Source: Burkholderiales bacterium (GTDB taxonomy: Bacteria > Pseudomonadota > Gammaproteobacteria > Burkholderiales > DATLHW01). Taken from it: DNA of 40,037 nt. The stretch spans positions 1 through 40,037 of the forward strand of contig DATLHW010000085.1 in the NCBI GenBank assembly GCA_035539675.1, written 5' to 3'. The position numbers were made by a program, and so were the translations under genes. The notes beneath the pieces were generated by a model. It was not told the origin of the DNA and made no database searches. It saw only the letters and a program-made list of their open reading frames with translations. Shown here piece after piece: positions 30,506-37,543 of the stretch (the stretch's first letter is position 1; each line of letters begins with the position of its first letter).

Positions 30506-30609
30506 TTCCATTTCCAAATTAACCGTGCACTTTGTCAGCGTCGCTTGCCGTACTATTTGTACTGTCTGCGCGCCGCTTTCGTGTCACGATTAATTTGGAA
30601 ATGGAATAA
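30503..30609. repeat. Family B hairpin element, copy 1 (101-bp core plus TAA/TAA flanks)
   Basis: The core 30506..30606 runs TTCCATTTCCAAATTAA...TTAATTTGGAAATGGAA (17-bp perfect arms). It is flanked by TAA 30503..30505, which is the pilZ stop codon, and TAA 30607..30609. Confidence 0.85.
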
Positions 30610-30732
30610 AGCGGAATTCGTTACCCTCTGGCGCATTTTGCTCCACTGACGATTTTCCCCCGCCCATACTGAAGAGCTGGCCGATAAGCGCCAGGCTTTG
30701 GCTCCGTTAATAACTTCCACGCTATTTCCACC

Positions 30733-31503
30733 ATGTTTGTTGATTCACATTGTCATATCGATTTTCCCGAATTGGCCTCCCGTATTGACGAGGTGCTGGG
30801 GAACATGGCGTCGAACCAAGTGACGCATGCTTTGCTGGTTTGCGTGAACCTCGAAGACTGGCCTCGTGTCCAGGCATTAGCGGAAGCGCATGACAACATC
30901 TACGCATCTGTTGGCGTTCACCCCGACCACAACGAAGGCGCTCCCCTGGATGAGGCCGAATTGCTGCAACGCGCCAAAAATCCAAAAGTGGTCGCCATAG
31001 GCGAGACCGGTCTTGATTACTATCGTTTGACCGGAGACCTGGGTTGGCAGCAAGAGCGGTTTCGAACCCATATCCGAGCCTCGCGAAGCTGTAGAAAGCC
31101 GCTGATTATCCATACAAGGGAGGCGGCGGAAGACACCTTGCGGATCATGCGGGAAGAGGGCGCTGAGGACATTGGCGGCGTGATGCATTGTTTTACGGAA
31201 AGTTGGGAGGTTGCCCAGCAGGCGATGGACTTGGGATTCTATATCTCCATTTCAGGTATCGTTACGTTCAAAAACGCCGTCGCTTTGAAAGAAGTTGCAC
31301 GAAAAATTCCGCTGGATCGGCTGCTTATCGAAACCGATTCTCCTTATCTAGCTCCCGTACCGTATCGCGGCAAAACCAACGAGCCGGCTTTTGTGAAGCA
31401 TGTGGCCGAAGAAATCGCGCGCATCAAGGAACTACCGGTGGAGACTGTGGCCGAAGTCTCGACAGCCAATTTTTTTAGGCTGTTTGACCCGGATGTTTCA
31501 TAA
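30733..31503 (+). CDS. TatD-family metal-dependent hydrolase/DNase (YcfH-like)
   Basis: MFVDSHCHIDF, VGVHP, IGE.GLDY and ETDSPYL motifs. Confidence 0.92.
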   Translation: MFVDSHCHIDFPELASRIDEVLGNMASNQVTHALLVCVNLEDWPRVQALAEAHDNIYASVGVHPDHNEGAPLDEAELLQRAKNPKVVAIGETGLDYYRLTGDLGWQQERFRTHIRASRSCRKPLIIHTREAAEDTLRIMREEGAEDIGGVMHCFTESWEVAQQAMDLGFYISISGIVTFKNAVALKEVARKIPLDRLLIETDSPYLAPVPYRGKTNEPAFVKHVAEEIARIKELPVETVAEVSTANFFRLFDPDVS

Positions 31504-31649
31504 ATTGCACGAGTCCTCGCTGGTCTTTTGATCCGTGGGAAAATTTTGTTCCGTCGGGCGTATGAATAACTACGCCACTTCGTCACAAAATTCCCCCACG
31601 AATCAAAATCCGGCGCGATCATCTCGCGAATTTATGAAATATCCGGGTT
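31486..31649. repeat. Family A long-hairpin repeat, copy 2 (164 bp)
   Basis: It has 152 of 164 identical positions with 1582..1745, no indels and the same orientation. Its first 18 nt encode the last five residues and the stop codon of the TatD-family gene. Confidence 0.85.
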
Positions 31650-31680
31650 AAGGTGAGCAACTGATATTTTCGCCCAACCC

Positions 31681-32745
31681 TTGATGAGACTAAAACAAAT
31701 GACCGCTTTGCCCGAAGGAAGCGTGGAAGACCCGCCTTATGCGGGGCTTACGCCCGATTGTGTACTTGATGCGCTGGACAGTGTGGGTTTGCATGGCGAT
31801 GGGCGGCTGCTCGCGCTCAATAGCTACGAAAATCGGGTTTATCAGGTAGGTATCGACGCGGAAGGCGAGCGACCGTCGTCAGTCGTAATCGCAAAATTTT
31901 ATCGTCCGGCGCGTTGGTCCACGGAAGCTATTCTGGAAGAGCACGCTTTTGTGCGTGAGCTTGTGGAAAGGGAAATCCCAGTCGTTGCTCCGCTCGATTT
32001 CGATGCGGGATCGAATGGCGGCAAAGTGACGCTCCATGAATTCGCGGGCTTTCGCTTTGCTGTGTATCCGCGTTGTGGTGGTCGGGCGCCCGAATTCGAG
32101 AATCTGGATACGTTGGAATGGATGGGGCGCTTTATCGGGCGGATTCATGCGGTGGGCGCGTTGCAGCCTTTTAGCGAACGACCACGGCTCGACATCAATA
32201 CCTTTGGCGAAGAGCCGCGCGACTGGCTGCTGGCGAGCGACTTTATTCCGGTTGATTTGCTGGAGGTGTGGCGCAGCGTCGTCAACCAGGCGTTGGATGG
32301 CGTCAGGCGCTGTTACGATCGTGCGGGGGAGTTGCGCGGGTTACGTTTGCATGGCGATTGCTATGCCGGCAACGTGCTCTGGATCGAGGCGGGGAAAACG
32401 CGAGGACCGCATTTTGTGGACTTTGACGATAGCCGCATGGGCCCCGCAGTGCAGGATTTGTGGATGTTGCTGTCGGGGGACCGCGCCGCAATGACGAAAC
32501 AACTCGCGGCGGTATTGGCTGGTTACGAGGATTTTTTTGAGTTCGATAGTCGAGAACTTTATCTGGTCGAAGCCCTGCGGACCTTGCGCCTTATTCATTA
32601 CTCCGCGTGGCTCGCCAGGCGTTGGAATGATCCAGCCTTTCCAGCAGCCTTCCCGTGGTTTAACACGCAACGATACTGGCAAGATCGCATTCTTGAGCTG
32701 CGCGAGCAGATTGCGTTGATGGATGAGGAGCCGTTGTGGCGCTAA
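31681..32745 (+). CDS. srkA: stress response kinase A (YihE/RdoA, Ser/Thr kinase of the APH-like fold)
   Basis: It is colinear with E. coli SrkA: LNSYENRVYQ, KFYRP.RW, LRLHGDC..GN.LW, FVDFDD...GPAVQDLWMLL, DPAFP..FPW. The start is TTG 31681 or ATG 31684. Confidence 0.9.
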   Translation: MMRLKQMTALPEGSVEDPPYAGLTPDCVLDALDSVGLHGDGRLLALNSYENRVYQVGIDAEGERPSSVVIAKFYRPARWSTEAILEEHAFVRELVEREIPVVAPLDFDAGSNGGKVTLHEFAGFRFAVYPRCGGRAPEFENLDTLEWMGRFIGRIHAVGALQPFSERPRLDINTFGEEPRDWLLASDFIPVDLLEVWRSVVNQALDGVRRCYDRAGELRGLRLHGDCYAGNVLWIEAGKTRGPHFVDFDDSRMGPAVQDLWMLLSGDRAAMTKQLAAVLAGYEDFFEFDSRELYLVEALRTLRLIHYSAWLARRWNDPAFPAAFPWFNTQRYWQDRILELREQIALMDEEPLWR

Positions 32746-32825
32746 TTCCATTTCTAAATCAAACGTGTACTTTGTTTGCGCCCCGCAGTCGCGTTCACGT
32801 TTGATTTAGATTAGAAATGGAATAA
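32743..32825. repeat. Family B hairpin element, copy 2 (77-bp core plus TAA/TAA flanks)
   Basis: The core 32746..32822 has a left arm TTCCATTTCTAAATCAAACGTG that pairs perfectly with the right arm, apart from a 5-nt TTAGA tandem duplication. It is flanked by TAA 32743..32745, which is the srkA stop codon, and TAA 32823..32825. Confidence 0.85.
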
Positions 32826-32833
32826 GAAGCCGT

Positions 32834-33868
32834 CTAAAAAAGCTCCACATCGCTGTCGTCTACCGCTGCGCTTAGTTTTGTCTCGGCAACCAGGGTTTCA
32901 TAAACGCTGACCTGATTACGTCCATTGTTTTTGGCGTAATACAACGCCTTGTCTGCCCGATCGATAACCGTGGATGGCAAATCCCCGCTAGTAATCATGG
33001 AAACGCCAATGCTGGCCGTTATTTGTCCTACTTGAGGAAACGGAAAAGCCTCCACGGTTTGCCGAAAACGCTCCAATACCGCCAGCGCCCTAGTGAGATC
33101 GACGTCCTTCAACACCACCACGAATTCTTCCCCGCCGATACGAAACAGCAAGTCGCCTCCACGGAACGCCTCTACCATGGCGCGGGCGAAGAGCAGTAGT
33201 ACTTCGTCGCCGTAAAGGTGGCCAAAACGGTCATTGACGCGTTTGAAATGATCCACATCCAGAATCGCCAAGCAGTAGGCGCCCCGGCCGTCCGGTTGAC
33301 TATCCACGGCCCTTAATGAGGTGATGATTCTTAGAACTTTTTCATCAAACGTTTTTCTGTTGAGCAAGCCCGTTAATTTGTCGCGTTGACTGGAGGCGAG
33401 GAGAGATACATAGTTTTTATAGAACCCTAAGAGGATCGAAACGAGTTCCTGTTCTCTCGGATTGTCACTCTCCGACTCCACAATCAGGAATCCAGCGATC
33501 CCGCTTGTTGTCTTCACGGGATGAATGACACGAACATTCGATTCTTGCGAGCTGTTCGTCACGACGGCCTGCTCGGTCGCCAGACATTCCAGGAATGCGG
33601 GGTCGCTCTCCAGCAAAAGGCTTTCGAACCCCCGATCATCCAAATTTTCATGGTCGGCCGGATCGACGAAGAACACTAAACGTTGTCCGGGAACGTCGGG
33701 ATTGTCGTGAATCTTGCAAAGGCGGATGGTCTTTGCGGAGATGAACTCGTGCAGCGTTTCGATCAGCGTTAACTCAAAGGCGCGAACGTCGCCCTTTTCA
33801 GTAAGCTTCACCACCGACCGCAATATACGTCGATTATCGAATTTATCTGGCTGGGACATCGGGCCCAC
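32834..33868 (-). CDS. diguanylate cyclase (GGDEF) with N-terminal GAF-like sensor region
   Basis: LTGLLNR, DVDHFKRVND and the RIGGEEF active site, with an RGGD (RxxD I-site) five residues upstream, plus C-terminal ALYYAKNNGRNQV. Confidence 0.9.
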   Translation of the reverse strand: MGPMSQPDKFDNRRILRSVVKLTEKGDVRAFELTLIETLHEFISAKTIRLCKIHDNPDVPGQRLVFFVDPADHENLDDRGFESLLLESDPAFLECLATEQAVVTNSSQESNVRVIHPVKTTSGIAGFLIVESESDNPREQELVSILLGFYKNYVSLLASSQRDKLTGLLNRKTFDEKVLRIITSLRAVDSQPDGRGAYCLAILDVDHFKRVNDRFGHLYGDEVLLLFARAMVEAFRGGDLLFRIGGEEFVVVLKDVDLTRALAVLERFRQTVEAFPFPQVGQITASIGVSMITSGDLPSTVIDRADKALYYAKNNGRNQVSVYETLVAETKLSAAVDDSDVELF

Positions 33869-34013
33869 CGTTTTTGGCTAACTTTTGGAGGGCTTGGAGA
33901 GGAGTTGCTTCGAGTGCCGCCATAAAAACGAAGTCGCAAAGCATTATGCGAGTCCGAATTCCCCTGGGACGATTCTCTTCTCCAAGAACTTTTTTAGGGG
34001 ATATTGCATTCCC

Positions 34014-34129
34014 CCTTTGAACCTATTCAAACGCTGTCGCGAACCGGTCAAGTTCGCGGCGACAAGCGTGCGTTCAAGGCGTGAATCTTCAAACTTGGCC
34101 TGTGCAGTAAGATCTGGAACAGGCTCTTA
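34014..34129. repeat. Family C element, copy 2 (degenerate, about 110-bp core)
   Basis: The left end is TTT-GAACCTATTCAAACGCTGTCGCGA and the right end is GTGCAGTAAGATCTGGAACAGGCTC-TTA. The right flank TTA (34127..34129) is the asmA stop codon on the minus strand. Confidence 0.6.
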
Positions 34130-36109
34130 GTATTGCTCGAAGTTTCGCCCCCGACCGCCACTAGTGTCAACCTTGGCGGCCTTTTTCATATCTTTCGTCG
34201 CAGTCGCGATCAATTCTTGGCAATCGCTATCCTTGCCGGGACCGGTTTCTATGAGGGGAATCAATGCAACAAGCGGATTGACCAGAGCCCCTAGCAGCAG
34301 CGCGGCGCCGCCTCGCGCGGCGAGTGCTTCTTTATCGGGCGCGAAATCGGGGTTTTTAAAGGAGCCCTTGGCGTTTAATGGAGAGCGAATGCTCAAGATG
34401 CTTTTGTCCTTGGGCAACGGATTAAGCCGGAGATCGAGCGTCTCATTTTGCAAGTTAATGACGCCTTCTCCCGTGATGTTGGTGTCTGTTGTATCGAAGA
34501 CAAATACATTGGTTTTCATGACGCCATCCGTCACCTTAAAGTCGGCGACGGCGCAACGGATCGTCGCGTTACGATCACCGCCCAGCAGGTACTTGATGAT
34601 TTCCCCGCCGTCGATGCCGACCACTTCGAGCAAGAGGTTGCTAATTTTTCCGCCGGTCATCACCGCCGCAATTTCGCCATCGGCGGAGGCCAGCAATTTT
34701 GCGAATGAGTTCCCTTCACCGGATAGTCCCGCACTGCCGCTAAGCGTCCCGGCGCTGGTTCTGGTTAATTCGACGCCGGGGAATAGTTCGTTCAATCGCA
34801 ATTTATTGAATTGTGTGTTGACCTCGACAGTTGGCTTGTCCAATTTTCCATTCAACGCGATATTGGACGCGAGTTGCCCGCCCGCGACACCGAAATTGAG
34901 CGGCGCAAGCTTCAGCACGCCATCGCGCAAGACGACGTGAGCAAATAGATTATCGAGAGGTAGTCCTTCACGACGAATGCTATCAGCCTTGAACTTCACG
35001 TCTGCATCCATGGCGCGCAGGCGATTTAGGCGGAACGGTTTATCGGGAAGCACATGAGAGTCCATCGCCAACTTGGCGGCGGACTGCTTTTGAGCAGGAG
35101 AGGCTGTTTCGCCAGGGCCGGTTTTAGGCGGCGCGCCGATGATTCCCGCCAAGTCATCGATATCCAATACGCGTGATCTGAGTTCTCCCGTGAGAGAAGG
35201 GCGAACGCCAGCGCTATCGACATGAATGTCGCCTGCCAAGTCGCTGTCTCCTACCTTGCCCGAGAAATTGTTCAGGCGCCAAGAAGGCCCATCCCGAATA
35301 AGGCGCCCATTGATAGAGTACGGCGGCGTCGGCGGGATGACGACGCCGCTCAACGGATAGAGCTTCGACATATCCTGTCCGCGTAGCTTGAAAGCCAGAT
35401 CGAGCGCGGAGAGCGAGGCGAACTCGCTGATGCTGCCCTTTATGTCCGCGCTCGTATCGCCAATTCGCCCAGTCGCTTGAATAGGGTAGGGCGCGCCGTC
35501 ATTTTGTAATGACAGCACGGACCCGCCTTGACCCTCCGCATGTAACTGAAGACCTTTGAAGGTCCCGTTAGCGTGGAATTTCATCGCGCTTGTCGGATCG
35601 GCGGCTACGCTATCGGTGTTGAGCTCGGCTCTGACGTCGGTTTTTATCGCGGGTGCGTAAAACGTCAGTGCGCCTTTATCAATGCGCAATCGGGTGATTA
35701 CTGGCGGGGCGCTCTTTTCTTGATCTTGCTTGAGAACCCAATTGCGTTCGCCGCTTGGGCTTTCTTCCAACATCACCTTTGGGTTTGATAACACGACGTC
35801 CGGCAACACCATGTGGCCACCAATAAATTTACGAATGTCGAGCGTGAAATCAGCTGCATCGATATCCAACATTAATCGTTCTTTGCTCCATGACGCGTTG
35901 GCGAGTTTTATGTTTTTCAAATAAATACGAGGTGTGAATGAAAGATCGACATCCATCTGACCAATGGAAAATTCTCTCCCCGTTTTTTTCGTCACTTGTC
36001 GTTCGACGTAACCGCGCAGCATGTCCCAATCGAATAACAATATGGTCGCGCCGACCGCCACGAATAGGAATGCGAAGATGAGCGCTAGCGATTTATGGAG
36101 TCGGGACAT
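34127..36109 (-). CDS. AsmA-family outer-membrane assembly protein
   Basis: A 660-aa ORF with an N-terminal anchor (LALIFAFLFVAVGATILL) and AsmA-like N- and C-terminal regions (VERQV.K.TGREFSIG....LSF.P; C-terminal L.LR.PL..K). Confidence 0.8.
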   Translation of the reverse strand: MSRLHKSLALIFAFLFVAVGATILLFDWDMLRGYVERQVTKKTGREFSIGQMDVDLSFTPRIYLKNIKLANASWSKERLMLDIDAADFTLDIRKFIGGHMVLPDVVLSNPKVMLEESPSGERNWVLKQDQEKSAPPVITRLRIDKGALTFYAPAIKTDVRAELNTDSVAADPTSAMKFHANGTFKGLQLHAEGQGGSVLSLQNDGAPYPIQATGRIGDTSADIKGSISEFASLSALDLAFKLRGQDMSKLYPLSGVVIPPTPPYSINGRLIRDGPSWRLNNFSGKVGDSDLAGDIHVDSAGVRPSLTGELRSRVLDIDDLAGIIGAPPKTGPGETASPAQKQSAAKLAMDSHVLPDKPFRLNRLRAMDADVKFKADSIRREGLPLDNLFAHVVLRDGVLKLAPLNFGVAGGQLASNIALNGKLDKPTVEVNTQFNKLRLNELFPGVELTRTSAGTLSGSAGLSGEGNSFAKLLASADGEIAAVMTGGKISNLLLEVVGIDGGEIIKYLLGGDRNATIRCAVADFKVTDGVMKTNVFVFDTTDTNITGEGVINLQNETLDLRLNPLPKDKSILSIRSPLNAKGSFKNPDFAPDKEALAARGGAALLLGALVNPLVALIPLIETGPGKDSDCQELIATATKDMKKAAKVDTSGGRGRNFEQY

Positions 36110-36242
36110 TATTTATTTAGGAATTGATGCTCCTGGTAAGCGGGGAATTCAGACAGAACTAAAGGCAGAAGGCCGCCGCATGGCGGAAGAACACGACTAA
36201 CTCAAATCAAGCAAGAAACGGGCGCGAATAAATCGGGGGACT

Positions 36243-36310
36243 TGTAGGAGGGAGCTCGCTCGCGATTGTCAGCGTGGCGCTGGATGCAATCGCGGGCAAG
36301 CTCTCTTCTA
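36243..36310. repeat. REP-like 23-bp-stem hairpin between the NYN gene and asmA
   Basis: AGGAGGGAGCTCGCTCGCGATTG pairs with CAATCGCGGGCAAGCTCTCTTCT with 1 mismatch and 3 G:T pairs. The 18-nt loop contains its own CAGCG/CGCTG mini-stem. Only one copy is present in the window. Confidence 0.6.
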
Positions 36311-36341
36311 ATATGGGGAGAGGGATGGACGTGTAATTTTT

Positions 36342-37211
36342 TCACGCGCCATTGTCAGAATTGCCGGAAACTGGCTCCTCGCGAGCAAGCTCGATTCTAC
36401 TGACAATATAGTTTCCGGATTTTTCATCACGTTCGAGTTTGAGTAAATTGCGGGTTTGCGCTTCCTCCAAAAGACCCGTGAACGAACGAAATCCGTAATA
36501 ACTTTCGCTAAATCCCGGGTTGCGTCGTTTCAATGTTTGCTTAATCAGTGAACCCCAAATTTTTTCATCCTCGCCGCGTTCCGCCACAAGCGCGTCCAAT
36601 GTTTCCAGGACAAGATCTATCGCATCCTGCTTCTTGTCGCTTTCGTCTTCCTTCTTGCTCGCGCTTCCGCGAGGTTTAGCGGCGCTGGCGCCCTCAGATG
36701 CTGGTTTCGTTGTCTTCTTCGTTGTTTTCTTCTCTTGCCGCACGAGATCGTCATAAAAAATGAATTCATCGCAATTCGCAATCAATAAGTCGGACGTGGA
36801 CTTCTTGACGCCGACGCCGATCACCGTCTTGTTGTTTTCCCGCAGCTTGCTTACCAATGGCGAAAAGTCGGAGTCGCCGCTGACGATGACGAACGTGTCC
36901 ACGTGAGACTTCGTGTAACAAAGGTCGAGTGCGTCCACCACCAAGCGGATATCGGCGGAATTTTTTCCGGATTGCCGCACGTGGGGAATCTCGATCAATT
37001 CGAAGGACGCTTGATGCATCGCCGCTTTGAAATCCTTGTAGCGATCCCAGTCGGAGTAGGCTTTCTTGACGACGATGCTGCCCTTGAGTAACAAACGCTC
37101 AAGCACTTTGTTGATATCGAACTGTGCATACTTGGCTTCGCGCACGCCTAATGCGACGTTCTCGAAATCGCAGAACACAGCCATGCTGCGCGTATCGGAT
37201 TGAGTGGTCAT
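36342..37211 (-). CDS. NYN (LabA/PIN-like) ribonuclease domain protein with C-terminal OST-HTH/LOTUS domain
   Basis: The N-terminal region carries NYN motifs: MAVFCDFENV, KNSADIRLVVDA and IVSGDSDF. A Lys/Thr-rich linker (KKTTKKTTKP) follows. The C-terminal region IWGSLIKQTLKRRNPGFSESYYGFRSFTGLLEEA is typical of OST-HTH. Confidence 0.8.
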   Translation of the reverse strand: MTTQSDTRSMAVFCDFENVALGVREAKYAQFDINKVLERLLLKGSIVVKKAYSDWDRYKDFKAAMHQASFELIEIPHVRQSGKNSADIRLVVDALDLCYTKSHVDTFVIVSGDSDFSPLVSKLRENNKTVIGVGVKKSTSDLLIANCDEFIFYDDLVRQEKKTTKKTTKPASEGASAAKPRGSASKKEDESDKKQDAIDLVLETLDALVAERGEDEKIWGSLIKQTLKRRNPGFSESYYGFRSFTGLLEEAQTRNLLKLERDEKSGNYIVSRIELAREEPVSGNSDNGA

Positions 37212-37286
37212 TTTGTCATCTCTATGTTTTTGTCAAGACACTAGTGTGGATATTTAGCACAACTACTTCTTCATTGCTTGTCATTG

Positions 37287-37315
37287 CACTAGAATGAACA
37301 AGTTTCATTCTAGTG
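37287..37315. promoter_or_regulatory. operator-like perfect palindrome upstream of the NYN-LOTUS gene
   Basis: CACTAGAATGAA, CAAGT, TTCATTCTAGTG (12-bp arms). A second palindrome with the same half-site, ACACTAGTGT, lies at 37238..37247 next to a TTGACA hexamer. Tandem TCATTGC repeats lie at about 37271..37287. Confidence 0.4.
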
Positions 37316-37367
37316 TTGCTTTTCACTGGCGCTCCGTCCAGACATCCATTTTTGTAGATGCCCAGCC

Positions 37368-37495
37368 TTAGAACCTGTTTACGATCTGTAGCGAGCGGGG
37401 CGAGATTGAGGCGAGGAGTTGACACGTACAAGTGGTACGTCGAGCACCGCAGCCTCAATCTCACCTCGCGCAGTAAGATCGTAAACAGGTTCTTA
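37368..37495. repeat. Family C MITE-like element, copy 3 (122-bp core plus TTA/TTA flanks)
   Basis: The core 37371..37492 is a near-complete palindrome. GAACCTGTTTACGATCT is perfect on both arms, as is the internal GAGATTGAGGC, and the centre is CGTAC-AAGTG-GTACG. It is flanked by TTA 37368..37370 and TTA 37493..37495. Confidence 0.85.
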
Positions 37496-37543
37496 CGAGC
37501 ATCCGTTTTGTGAATCCTATTTCGATTACAGAGAGAGACGCTC

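Noticed and set aside
33885-34130. An 81-aa plus-strand ORF (TTG start) between the GGDEF gene and asmA.
   Set aside because: It runs through the degenerate Family C repeat and ends at its terminus, with no motif support. It is most likely an artefact of the repeat.
34164-34940. A 258-aa plus-strand ORF antisense to the AsmA-family gene.
   Set aside because: It is fully embedded in a well-supported 660-aa gene. The Ser/Pro/Ala-rich translation has no recognisable domain or ribosome-binding site.
27066-37495. Whether the repeated hairpins could be a CRISPR array or attC-type recombination sites.
   Set aside because: The copies are kilobases apart, belong to different sequence families and are separated by housekeeping genes. 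There is no regular repeat-spacer periodicity, and no cas or integron integrase genes.
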